In this document: one piece after another, positions 26,682 through 37,730 of the stretch
Layout of the letters: every line of letters starts with the position of its first letter
Numbering within the stretch: position 1 is the first letter of the stretch
Made by a program: the position numbers and the translations under genes
Notes under the pieces: model-generated
The model's database searches: none
The model's input: only the letters and a program-made list of their open reading frames with translations
What the model was told of the DNA's origin: nothing
Source of the DNA: Lentisphaerota bacterium
Lineage (GTDB): Bacteria > Verrucomicrobiota > Kiritimatiellia > UBA8416 > JAIOPI01
Length of the DNA: 64,000 bases
Direction: 5' to 3'
Assembly (NCBI GenBank): GCA_021413965.1
Contig: JAIOPI010000003.1
Coordinates: 22,515 to 86,514 of the forward strand

Positions 26682-29417
26682 TCAACTGGTGGGGCGAGGC
26701 GTCCCGCCGCGCCGCCGTCTGTGCGAGAGTGTAGCGGCGCAGAGCAACCAGCCCAGGGCCGTCAGGCCAAGGCCCGCGACGTCAGACGCGGTGCGTCCGT
26801 AGTAGATTTCGACCTCGGGCTGGTCAGGATAGACGAGCAGGAACGCGGGCGTCACGCGGTAGACGCGCCTGGCGCCCCTCACTTTCCAATTTGGGAAATA
26901 GCTGACCTTCACCATGTGAGGGAGGCCGATGGCGTCGGTGGTGAACCGGATGCGGTCAGGGCGGTCAGATTCCGACAGGATGCCGCGCCCGGTGTGCTCC
27001 ACCGGGGTGACCGTGAGCGGAGTGGGATCGGGTGGGGTCTCGGCCGTGCTGCAAACGACATCGGGGAACGGCTTGCCGTCGGGATCGGTCACCCGGACAT
27101 GGAAGAAGTGGCCGCCGACGGATTGCTGGGACTTGTGGAGCAGTCGATTTCGCCCCTGGCGCAGGTGAATCCCTTGCGTGCGAAGGGTTCCGAGGCCAGT
27201 GTTGGAGTCCCGGACGACGGGTTCATCATTGAGCCAGATAGCGGCGCCGTCATCGTTGCCGTAATGCAGGACGGCATCGCGGGCGGTGGGAGAGAAGATG
27301 TTCACGAAGCTGTAGGCCACGAGGTAATCCGTCTGGTTGTAGAAACGTGACGGGAAGATCGGGCTGCGAGTGAAGAGAATCCGCCAGGAGAGGCCACCGG
27401 CCCGGTCGCCTTCGCGCGGGTCGAGGTTGGACTCCGTGATGGGGGCAACGGCGAGCGGGTCGACGGCCTCACGCGGATAGGGAAAGGGGCCGAGGTGCAG
27501 CCATTCGTCGATGTCGCCGGAGGCTCGGCGGGCGGCGCTGACAATTTGCCGGAAGCGGGCGGCGGGCAGGACGGGGGAGGTGGCGACCGGCGGTCCGAGC
27601 GTGGCGGGGGCGGGAAGCGCGCCGTCCTCCTCGCCAGGGGGGACGAAGACGATGGGTTGATCGAGGAGTTCCGGGGTGTAGAACCACTCGAGGGCGTCTT
27701 CGCGCCAGCGATCGGACGTGAAAGCGATGGGCCAGTTCGGGGGGATGAATACCTGGCGCCCGTCGTGGGTCAGCAATTCAAAGAGCTGCCATTCGTCGGC
27801 GGTGCCGACACGGCGCCACATGGGGGACGCGGCGAGTGCATACTGGACGACGGGCCAGCGAGCGAGGAAGTGCTTCACATTGAACAGTTCAAGGTGGCGC
27901 GTGCCGTTGACCAGGTTAAAGGTTGTCGGATTGACGATGGTGGGAAAGCCGGCGCAGGACTCTGACATTTCGCACTGAATGTAGTAGGTGAAATAGGATG
28001 ACAGGCCCGAGTTCACGAGGCCGCCTTCGATGATGGGCTTGTCGATGAGGTGTGGCACGGCCTCCGTGATGCGCGAGGACCCCATGGCGTTGTTCTCCTC
28101 GCAAAGGTCATTGGCGAGTCGGCCGGGGGTGCCGTCCAGCGGGAGGATCAAGTCGTGAAAGGCGCGGTAGGCGGGGCGTCGTTCGAGGCCGCCGTAGTTG
28201 AACGCGGCCCAATCGCGCAGGGGGGCGGTGCCGTGGCGGACTTCGCGCTCCTGATCCGCGATATAGACTCCGGCGGCGGCGAGCAGTGCCAGCACCAGGA
28301 ATGCCTGACCGGGGCGCTGACGGACGGCGAGGCCAAGGCCGGTGGCGGCGAGGGCGAGGAGTGCGAAGAAAACGAAGGGCCAGAGGCGGACGTTGACGAA
28401 GACGGGACTGAGATCGAAGCCATGGAAGTAAAGCGCGCAGGCGGATGCGAACATCCAGCCGATGAGGAGGACGGCGGATCGGTGTGGGGCGCGGCGCTCG
28501 AGGCCGAGGGCGAGGAGGATGAAGGGGATCAGGCCGAGGGTGTAGGCCGGGAGCGTCTGGGCGAGTGACTGCTCCCAGTTGCGTCCGAAGTCGACGCTGT
28601 AGGCGCCCTTGGCCACGAGGGGCACGAGCCACCAGGCCATGAGCAGGGCGGCGCGCAGGCCGGTGGTGGCGAGGGTGGTGAGCGTTTGGCGGAGGAGATG
28701 ACGCGGCATGAGGAAGGGCAGGGCGGCGAGGGTGATGCCGGCCATGACGGACGTGAAGAAATGCGAGGCGAGCATGAGGGCGGCGAGGGCGGCCGTGCGC
28801 AGGCGGGCACGGCCGGTATGGGCATCGTCATAGGCGGACGCAATGGTCAGCAGCATGATCGGGAAGCTGAGGCTGTTGGCGATCATGCCGGCCAGCGTGC
28901 TGTAGACGTTGACGCCCCACATGGTGTGCGTTTTGACAAAGAGGAACGGCAGCATGGCCACGGTCAGCAGGGCGGGAACGGGGCGGGGCAGGCGGAGGGT
29001 GCGCGCGAAGTACCAGGCGCAGGCGGGCAGGATTAAGATGCCCAGCACGTTTACGCACTTAAAGGCGACGTTGAAGGGCATGAGGTAGCTGGCGGCCGCG
29101 ATGACCAGATACGGGAGGCAGAAGTAGTACTGGAAGGCGGGGAAGCCAGCCCACCATCCGGGCGCCCAGCTTACGATGCGGCCGTGGTGGAACAGCGACT
29201 CGCGCAGGTGGCTTGCGAGATAATTGTGGGCGGGTGTATCACCGCCAACCGTCATCGTATCGAGCAGCAGCAAGTGCGGGGGAATATTCCAGAGCGTGAA
29301 GGCGGCGATGATCGCGAGGATGGCGAGGACGAGCAGGGGGCGGCGCTGGGCGGGCGGTGGGGGGGGAGGGGCGGCAGGCGGGGGGAGACTGGCCCCGGGT
29401 GGGGTGGCGTCCGGCAT
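26682..29417 (-). CDS. Large polytopic membrane protein with GT-C-like architecture (about 11-13 N-terminal TM helices, large extracytoplasmic domain, C-terminal TM anchor); putative glycosyl/lipid-linked sugar transferase
   Basis: 911 aa; first loop has GGDTPAHNY...SWAPGWWAGFPAFQYY; C-terminal LGLTALGWLLCAATLSHRRRRGG anchor; only 5 nt separate it from the upstream deoB stop. Confidence 0.5.
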   Translation of the reverse strand: MPDATPPGASLPPPAAPPPPPPAQRRPLLVLAILAIIAAFTLWNIPPHLLLLDTMTVGGDTPAHNYLASHLRESLFHHGRIVSWAPGWWAGFPAFQYYFCLPYLVIAAASYLMPFNVAFKCVNVLGILILPACAWYFARTLRLPRPVPALLTVAMLPFLFVKTHTMWGVNVYSTLAGMIANSLSFPIMLLTIASAYDDAHTGRARLRTAALAALMLASHFFTSVMAGITLAALPFLMPRHLLRQTLTTLATTGLRAALLMAWWLVPLVAKGAYSVDFGRNWEQSLAQTLPAYTLGLIPFILLALGLERRAPHRSAVLLIGWMFASACALYFHGFDLSPVFVNVRLWPFVFFALLALAATGLGLAVRQRPGQAFLVLALLAAAGVYIADQEREVRHGTAPLRDWAAFNYGGLERRPAYRAFHDLILPLDGTPGRLANDLCEENNAMGSSRITEAVPHLIDKPIIEGGLVNSGLSSYFTYYIQCEMSESCAGFPTIVNPTTFNLVNGTRHLELFNVKHFLARWPVVQYALAASPMWRRVGTADEWQLFELLTHDGRQVFIPPNWPIAFTSDRWREDALEWFYTPELLDQPIVFVPPGEEDGALPAPATLGPPVATSPVLPAARFRQIVSAARRASGDIDEWLHLGPFPYPREAVDPLAVAPITESNLDPREGDRAGGLSWRILFTRSPIFPSRFYNQTDYLVAYSFVNIFSPTARDAVLHYGNDDGAAIWLNDEPVVRDSNTGLGTLRTQGIHLRQGRNRLLHKSQQSVGGHFFHVRVTDPDGKPFPDVVCSTAETPPDPTPLTVTPVEHTGRGILSESDRPDRIRFTTDAIGLPHMVKVSYFPNWKVRGARRVYRVTPAFLLVYPDQPEVEIYYGRTASDVAGLGLTALGWLLCAATLSHRRRRGGTPRPTS

Positions 29418-29422
29418 GGCGG

Positions 29423-30619
29423 TCAGGCCCCCGCCGCGTTAACGAAGTTCGTCCCGCGAAGGAGCGCGGGCAGTCCGAAGCAACCGGCCGCCGTCTGGGC
29501 CACATCGAAGAAGCCATCGCGGATGCCCAGATTGCGTCCGGCGATGGGCGCGTGGCGGACCAGGAGCGGGACGTACTCCCGCGTGTGGTCGGTGCCCGTG
29601 AAGGTCGGATCGTTGCCGTGGTCGGCGGTGATCATGACCATATCGTCTGGCGACACAAGGGGTAGAAACTGGGCCAGGAAGCGATCCGTCTCCTGCAGGG
29701 CGGAGGCATAGCCCCGCGGGTCGCGGCGATGACCGTAGAGCATGTCGAAGTCGATCAAGTTGGCGAAGACGAAGACGGGGCTTGTCCCCTTGGCGAGGGC
29801 GAGGTCCAGCAGTGCGGCTTGTGCGTCACGGTTGTTTTCGACGTGGTGCGACTCGTCGATGCCGCGGTGCGCAAAGATGTCGTCGAGTTTGCCGACGGTG
29901 ACGGTGCGGATGCCGGCGTTTTGAAGCCGATCGAGGATCGTGGGTTCGGGGGGGGTGAAGGAGAAGTCGCGCCGGTTCTCGGTGCGTTTGAATGCGCCGG
30001 GGCGCCCGACAAAGGGGCGGGCGATGACCCGTCCGACGGGGAAGGCATCACAGTACCGCCGGACCCGTTCACAGCATTGGTAGAGTTCGGCCAGCGGGAT
30101 GACGCCCTCATGCGCGGCGATTTGAACGACGGAGTCGGCGCTGGTGTAGACGATCCAGGCGCCGTCCTGCATGTGGCGCGCGCCGAGTTCCTCGATGATG
30201 GCGGTGCCGCTGGCGGCCTTGTTGCCAATGACCGCGCGCCCCGTCTCCTGCACGATGGCTGCCAGCAGATCGGGTGGAAAGGATGGAGGGCCGGCCGGGA
30301 ACAAGTGGAGTCCGCGTGTGAGCTCGAGGCCAGCCAATTCCCAATGGCCGGTCGTGGTGTCCTTGCCTTTCGAACGCTCGCGCAAGGCGCCGAAGGCGGC
30401 CTGGGGGTGAGCGGCCGGGGCGACGCCGGGGATGGGGCGCCCAGCGGGCAGCAAGGGCGGGATATTGCCGAGGCCAAGCTGCTGGAGCGTGGGCAGATTC
30501 AGCCCGCCGACGGCCTCGCCGACGTGGGGTAGTGTGTAGGCCCCAAGGTCGCCGTAGTCGGCGGCGTCCGGCGCCTGGCCAATGCCCACGGAATCCAGCA
30601 CGATAACGAAGACGCGCAT
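29423..30619 (-). CDS. deoB: Phosphopentomutase
   Basis: MRVFVIVLDSVGIG, TGHWELAGL, ITADHGNDPTFTGTDHTREYVPLLV; alkaline-phosphatase-superfamily metal ligands. Confidence 0.85.
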   Translation of the reverse strand: MRVFVIVLDSVGIGQAPDAADYGDLGAYTLPHVGEAVGGLNLPTLQQLGLGNIPPLLPAGRPIPGVAPAAHPQAAFGALRERSKGKDTTTGHWELAGLELTRGLHLFPAGPPSFPPDLLAAIVQETGRAVIGNKAASGTAIIEELGARHMQDGAWIVYTSADSVVQIAAHEGVIPLAELYQCCERVRRYCDAFPVGRVIARPFVGRPGAFKRTENRRDFSFTPPEPTILDRLQNAGIRTVTVGKLDDIFAHRGIDESHHVENNRDAQAALLDLALAKGTSPVFVFANLIDFDMLYGHRRDPRGYASALQETDRFLAQFLPLVSPDDMVMITADHGNDPTFTGTDHTREYVPLLVRHAPIAGRNLGIRDGFFDVAQTAAGCFGLPALLRGTNFVNAAGA

Positions 30620-30668
30620 GGGCAGCAGCATAGGTCTGGCCCGAAGTCGAGAAAAGCAAAAAGGCGGG

Positions 30669-32342
30669 TTACGACTGCGGGGGCGGGGCGGACTCGTCGG
30701 CAGCGGCGGCGGCGTCGGCGGCCTGCTTCTGGTAGTCCTGGAAGTTCGCCTGGCGCAAGAGGTACGCGCTCCACTGGTCGAAGACCAGGCCGGACTGATA
30801 CTCCTGCAGGGTGCGCAGCAGTTGGGGGCGGAGGGCGACGGCTTCGGCCGCGCTGCCGGCGGTGCGAGAGGTCTGATGGGCGATGATCAACTGGTTGCCC
30901 GCTTCCAAGACATTGCTCAGTTCGCCATTTTCGAGTTCCACGACGGCGGGCACGATTTTTTCCGCATGCTCGAAGAGGTTCGTGCTCAGGCTTGCGAACA
31001 CGGTGAACGTTCCGGTGGTGGCGACGTTCAGGTGTTGAGCCTGGGCGATGCTTCGGAAGTCGCGGTTGGTGGCGAGGCCCGAGGCGAACGTGGTGTGGAC
31101 GGACTCAGCCCACTTGACGAAGGCCTGGCGCTGCGCCTGGCGTTTGGCCAGCGGTGTGACGGTCGTCTCGATTTCGCTGAATGCGGGAATGCGGGCTTCC
31201 TGGCGCTCATTTGCGGTCAGGACGTAGACGGCATTCGATCCTGCGATAGAGTCGCTGAAGGAAAGTTCGGGATCATTAAGCACGAGGTTAAAGGCGGCGC
31301 GGTTGAATTCCTGGTCGACCAAGAGTTCGGGGAGGGGTTCATCGATCGCGAAGAGGCGCGTGGTGGCGACGTCGAGGTGGCTGGTCGCGGCCAGTGAGTC
31401 AAACGTGGGGCGTTTGCCGGAGCGGTCGGGGGCGAGGTCCATGACGAAGCGAGTGGCCACTTCACGGGCGGCAAAGCGGGCCCCGTCGTCGCGGAGTTTC
31501 GCCTCGATCACCGGGCGCACCTTCTCGAGCGGTTCCGGCAGGCTGTAGGTGTTCGTGGACGCGACCAGGAAGTCCTCGGAATGAGCGTCGTAATAGCTCT
31601 GGACTTCCTCGCTGCTGACCGTGGCGGGAATGAAATTCGAGTAGGGGAACGTCACGTAGCGGACGCTGACTCGTTCCGGGATGGTGAAGCCTTCACGGTT
31701 CTGATCATAGAAGGCGCGCGCATCAGACTCGGCGATGGACACGACGCCTGTGGATTGGGCGGGATCCAGCACCACATATTCGACGGTACGGCGATCCGTG
31801 AGGTTCCGCAGTCGCTGCTCGAGTTCAGTGGGTGCGGTCCAGGCGGCGGCCTCAACGGTGCCGGCCAGTTTCTGGATGGTGATGCTTTGCCGGAGGTACT
31901 CTTCGAAGGTCGTCAGGTCGACGCCCTTGGACTGAACGAAGGCGAGGTATCGCTGTTTGTCGAAGGAGCCATTGGCCTGGAAGGTCTTTTCACTGCTGAG
32001 GATCTGCCCGATTTCAGCATCCGGCACGGTGATGCCCAGGCGCTCGGCGGTCCGCAGTATGGCGAGGCGGCGCCAGGTGCGCTGGCGCATGGTCTCGAAC
32101 TCTTTTGGGGAGAGCCCGCGGTCGTTGTTCAGACCCATTTCAAAGAACATGGCCGTACGAAACTCCGCCGGGCTGACGTCGTTTCCGAAGAGTGTTCCGG
32201 CGGCATTGTGGTTGGTCTTTTCGTCACCGGAACAGCTGCGAATGGAGCTGAAGGAGACGAGGAAGGCCAAGCTGACGCCGGTGGCGATGACGGCCCATAC
32301 GACGCGGTGCCGGATCATCTGGTGGAATTTAGTAATCAGCAT
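30669..32342 (-). CDS. PpiD-like periplasmic chaperone (N-terminal membrane anchor + SurA_N-like domain + degenerate parvulin region)
   Basis: N-terminal TM (VVWAVIATGVSLAFLV), SurA_N-like segment, 557 aa; architecture typical of PpiD. Confidence 0.65.
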   Translation of the reverse strand: MLITKFHQMIRHRVVWAVIATGVSLAFLVSFSSIRSCSGDEKTNHNAAGTLFGNDVSPAEFRTAMFFEMGLNNDRGLSPKEFETMRQRTWRRLAILRTAERLGITVPDAEIGQILSSEKTFQANGSFDKQRYLAFVQSKGVDLTTFEEYLRQSITIQKLAGTVEAAAWTAPTELEQRLRNLTDRRTVEYVVLDPAQSTGVVSIAESDARAFYDQNREGFTIPERVSVRYVTFPYSNFIPATVSSEEVQSYYDAHSEDFLVASTNTYSLPEPLEKVRPVIEAKLRDDGARFAAREVATRFVMDLAPDRSGKRPTFDSLAATSHLDVATTRLFAIDEPLPELLVDQEFNRAAFNLVLNDPELSFSDSIAGSNAVYVLTANERQEARIPAFSEIETTVTPLAKRQAQRQAFVKWAESVHTTFASGLATNRDFRSIAQAQHLNVATTGTFTVFASLSTNLFEHAEKIVPAVVELENGELSNVLEAGNQLIIAHQTSRTAGSAAEAVALRPQLLRTLQEYQSGLVFDQWSAYLLRQANFQDYQKQAADAAAAADESAPPPQS

Positions 32343-32445
32343 ATGGGTGGCGTATCCTGCTGGGGTTAAGGCGCATCCCGCCCCAGGGGACGGGATGCGA
32401 ATGGCTAAGCACTACCACCGGCGATTGTGCCACGGTTGGCCAGTC

Positions 32446-33714
32446 TCACTTGCGCCCCGTCGGCGTGATATCCGGCTTGGCGGTGGTGGTCGTCGAGGTG
32501 GTGGTGGACGTTGTCGTGGTACTGGTCGACGACGTGCTCGTGGAGGTTGTGGACGTCGAGGTCGTGGCCGGCGCGGTGGTGGTGGTCGACGTCGTGGTCG
32601 TGGTCACCGTGGGGGCGGCGGTTGTCGAGGTCGAGGTGGTGGTGGAGGTCGACGTCGTGGGGAAGAAGGGGATGGTGGTCGTGGTGGTTTTCCGGCGGGT
32701 GGTGGTGGTGGTCACGGTCGTGGTCGGGACCGGCACATCACCAGGCGGCGTCGTGGTTGTGGTCGTGGAGGTCGTGGTCGACGACGTCGTGCTGGGGAAG
32801 AGATCGCCAGGTTGAGTGGTGGTGGTGGTGGTGCCGGAGCCGCCGGGCACGGTGGCGCCGCCGCCGCCGGGTTCATCGCTGTTCACGAGCGGGGGACCGC
32901 TGCCGCCCGGTTCACCGGCGGGGCCGTTGGCGGCGTGTTCGAAATTGTCGGCCTGAATGACGTTGCCGTCGGCGCCGACTTCCAGGATCGTGACGATGGA
33001 GATGTTGGGGTCGGTTTCGCTGGGTTTTTGCAGGATCTTGATCACGGAATCCTGAACCATCTCGGCGAGGCGCACGGAGCCGGTGCTATCCTTGACCTGC
33101 ACGCCGAACTTGCCGGCAAGGCAGCGGAGGCGCAGGAAGCCGCGGTCATCGGAGCAGGCGATGGTGATGCCGTCGTTTTCCTTGATTTTGGGGACGGTGT
33201 AGAAGGGGCCACTGGCGTCCATCTCACCGGTGCGGCAGTTAATGACGACGACCTTGAGGTCGGCTTCGGTGGTGGCTTCGACGGTGGACGAACCACCGGC
33301 GAGGTAGTGCATGGCGACGCAGCGCGTGACGATTTCGAAGCCGTTTTCCTTGTTGAAGTCCTTATCGAGGCCGACATCGACCTTGCCGCGATAGAGGTTG
33401 AGTATTTTCACGGACGGGTTGGAGGAGTCTTCACCGACGACGGCAATGACATCTCCTCCGAGGACGAGTTGGTTGCCTGGGGCGAGGACGACGGTGATGC
33501 CCCCATCGCTGCTGGTGCGCAGGACGGTGCCGTAGCTGAGGCCTTCTCCGCCCTGGAGAGGCTTGGCATCCGCGGTGCCGGGAACGAGTGCCGAGCACTG
33601 GCCCTTGACATCGGCCACCTGGAAGAGAGGCGCGAAGGCGGCGTCGGCTTGTCGATGGGCGAGGCAAGCCAGCAGACAGAACATAATCCAAGTACGGAGC
33701 CAACGGTTACTCAT
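32446..33714 (-). CDS. Secreted protein with an N-terminal globular domain and a ~150-aa poly-Thr/Ser mucin-like C-terminal tract
   Basis: Signal peptide MSNRWLRTWIMFCLLACLAHRQADA (ATG at 33714); C-terminus TTTSTTTTTTPPGDVPVPTTTVTTTTTRRKTTTTT...TSTSTTSTSTSSTSTTTTSTTTSTTTTAKPDITP. Confidence 0.6.
   Translation of the reverse strand: MSNRWLRTWIMFCLLACLAHRQADAAFAPLFQVADVKGQCSALVPGTADAKPLQGGEGLSYGTVLRTSSDGGITVVLAPGNQLVLGGDVIAVVGEDSSNPSVKILNLYRGKVDVGLDKDFNKENGFEIVTRCVAMHYLAGGSSTVEATTEADLKVVVINCRTGEMDASGPFYTVPKIKENDGITIACSDDRGFLRLRCLAGKFGVQVKDSTGSVRLAEMVQDSVIKILQKPSETDPNISIVTILEVGADGNVIQADNFEHAANGPAGEPGGSGPPLVNSDEPGGGGATVPGGSGTTTTTTQPGDLFPSTTSSTTTSTTTTTTPPGDVPVPTTTVTTTTTRRKTTTTTIPFFPTTSTSTTTSTSTTAAPTVTTTTTSTTTTAPATTSTSTTSTSTSSTSTTTTSTTTSTTTTAKPDITPTGRK
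32450..32830 (-). repeat. Low-complexity Thr-codon tract (ACC/ACG-rich on the coding strand; GGT/CGT/GTG repeats on the + strand)
   Basis: Direct reading of the DNA: quasi-triplet repeats encoding the poly-Thr tail of the 32446..33714 gene; a similar tract lies at ~400..640. Confidence 0.6.
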
Positions 33715-33967
33715 AGCGCCTCCACGCGATTGCACGGCAACAGGAATCCACGCGAACTTGCAATATACGCTACCGTATAGGTGCACTGACGTAAAGTCAA
33801 GATGTTAGGCTATTTGGAGGGGTGGCGGGGGATGGTGCGGGGGGGGCGGCTGAGGGGCAGGGAAAGTGCTTGAAGGAGGGGCTCGCTTGGTGTCATAGTG
33901 ACGAACTGCATTTTTTCCCGTATCATGGATGGCGTGTGCTGCGCCCAGGTGGAGGGATGATCGCCGT

Positions 33968-35941
<1,974 letters not shown>

Positions 35942-36008
35942 GCGACGTGGCTGGCCGGCCGGCCAGCCATCCAGTCCATAATCCGTTCATACGGGAAGGA
36001 GACAGTAC

Positions 36009-36512
36009 ATGTTCGGTCAGGGATCGTGTGTTGCAGAGTTGGCGTTCACGGCGCATTCGGCGCTCTACGCGCTGCTGGGGTTGGTTGTGGGCATTCTGGT
36101 GGGGCGGCAGTTGGAAGCGCCGCCGCGTCCGCCGGCGCCGAAGATCCGGCGCGACCGGGATGAGCGTTCTCAAGCCAGTCGTCCAGCGAGTGTCGGCGGT
36201 GGCAGCAGCCGTGGCGGCGGCAACGGTGGCGGGGGTGGCGGAACCGGCCGCGGCGTGGAGTTATACGTGGGCAACCTGCCCTACGAGACGACGGACAAGG
36301 AACTTGGCCGGGCGTTCGAGCGCTTTGGTCGGGTCTTGTCCGTGCGCATGATTGAGAACCGGCGCAATGGCAAACCCAAGGGTTTCGGTTTCGTGGAAAT
36401 GGACAACGACGCGGCTGCGAATGCCGCGATCAAGGCGATGAACGGGACGGATTTCAAGGGCCGTTCACTCGTCGTGAATGAGGCCAAGTCCCGCGCCCGG
36501 CAGGACGATTAA
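36009..36512 (+). CDS. RRM-type RNA-binding protein; the N-terminal hydrophobic + Gly/Arg-rich region is uncertain (alternative GTG start at 36255 gives a plain 85-aa RRM)
   Basis: RNP-2 LYVGNL and RNP-1 KGFGFVEM; if the ATG at 36009 is used, the N-terminus has a predicted TM helix (AHSALYALLGLVVGILVG) followed by an RGG/Gly-rich linker. Confidence 0.7.
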   Translation: MFGQGSCVAELAFTAHSALYALLGLVVGILVGRQLEAPPRPPAPKIRRDRDERSQASRPASVGGGSSRGGGNGGGGGGTGRGVELYVGNLPYETTDKELGRAFERFGRVLSVRMIENRRNGKPKGFGFVEMDNDAAANAAIKAMNGTDFKGRSLVVNEAKSRARQDD

Positions 36513-36637
36513 GAGCGGCGCGAAGGCGTTGACTCGACATGAAGCGGGAGTCGCATCGGCGGCTCCCGCTTTTTTTGTGCCTGGATGGCGATTGGCGGGT
36601 CCTGCGCGGTCGGCGGTGCGGGGCGCCCGCGGATCGC

Positions 36638-37186
36638 CTAGGATGGGAGGATCAATCCGGGAGCCACGGCTTCGACGGCTTGGGGACCGTCGACATGTGC
36701 GATCAGGGCAAGCGCGAATTCGAACGCGGTGCCGGGGCCCTGGCTGGTGATGATGTTCTGATCAATCGCGACGCGTTCCGAGACATGGTGTGCGGCCGTG
36801 AGGTCGGCCGCCACGCCGGGGAAGCAGGTCGCGCGGATACCCTTGAGAATGCCGGCCGCTTGGAGCACCAGCGGTCCGGCGCAGATGGCGGCGACGGGCT
36901 TGCCGGCGCGGCGGAACGCGCGCACGGTGTCCAGTACGGATGCCGACCGCATGAGTTGTTGAGTCCCTCCACCGCCGCCGGGGATGACCAGGATATCGAA
37001 GTCAGCGGCGTGAACGGTGGCCCAGTCGGCATCCGCCAGGAGGCGCAAACCGCGCGATGCGGTGATGGGTTGGGGCGTGACTGCAGCGGTGATGACCTCC
37101 CACTTGGCGCGCCTCAAGACGTCGACAATGATGGCGGCCTCCATTTCCTCAACCCCTTCGGCCAGTGGAACGAGTGCTTTCGTCAT
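36638..37186 (-). CDS. DJ-1/PfpI (ThiJ) family protein
   Basis: VLVIPGGGG, nucleophile elbow AICAGP; 182 aa from the ATG at 37186. Confidence 0.8.
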   Translation of the reverse strand: MTKALVPLAEGVEEMEAAIIVDVLRRAKWEVITAAVTPQPITASRGLRLLADADWATVHAADFDILVIPGGGGGTQQLMRSASVLDTVRAFRRAGKPVAAICAGPLVLQAAGILKGIRATCFPGVAADLTAAHHVSERVAIDQNIITSQGPGTAFEFALALIAHVDGPQAVEAVAPGLILPS

Positions 37187-37470
37187 GGCGTGTCTCCTTC
37201 TCATCGGCAGGCGCACCCGCGTGAGTGCCCCGGCCAGCGCGGCGAGTCTACCAGCGAGAGGGCTGGGGCGCAATGCGTCGGGTGCGGGGGGACTGTTGAG
37301 GCAGGGTGGTTGGCTGTACGGGTACGGGAGGGAGGCGTGGCGCCATGGATGCGATGGATCCTATTGGGATCGAGCGGCTTGTGCAGACACGAAATACTAA
37401 CAGGGCGCACATGGTTGGGCAATGGCAGGGGACGAGACTGTAGGCGTGGAAGAAGTTGGAGACGGGATGG

Positions 37471-37480
37471 AAAGGAGGTG
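37471..37480 (+). promoter_or_regulatory. Near-perfect Shine-Dalgarno AAAGGAGGTG, 6 nt upstream of the ATG at 37487
   Basis: Seen directly in the sequence. Confidence 0.6.
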
Positions 37481-37486
37481 AAGAGG

Positions 37487-37696
37487 ATGCCATTCAAGTT
37501 TGTAGATGACGGCTACCCGGAGGCGGACGACTATTCGAGCAATTACGTCTGGGTCGAGCCGCGTCCGGTGGTCCGCGATGGGGATCGTGGCATGCCGCGT
37601 GCCCTGCGATACCTGCGGGCGTTGACCTGGGGGAAGCGCCCCTGGGGGAAGCGCGATCGCCGAGTGATCGACAACCCGCGCCGCCTGGCGCGGTGA
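37487..37696 (+). CDS. Hypothetical small basic protein (69 aa)
   Basis: ATG preceded by a strong SD; MPFKFVDDGYPEADDYSSNYVWVEPRPVVRDGDRGMPRALRYLRALTWGKRPWGKRDRRVIDNPRRLAR; no known motif. Confidence 0.45.
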   Translation: MPFKFVDDGYPEADDYSSNYVWVEPRPVVRDGDRGMPRALRYLRALTWGKRPWGKRDRRVIDNPRRLAR

Positions 37697-37730
37697 GTGA
37701 GAGCCGGACGCCGTCCTGGCGTTCGCGCGT

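Noticed and set aside
26682-29417. Possibility that the 911-aa membrane protein is an oligosaccharyltransferase (STT3/PglB)
   Set aside because: No WWDYG motif is visible in the C-terminal domain; retained only as a generic GT-C-like protein.
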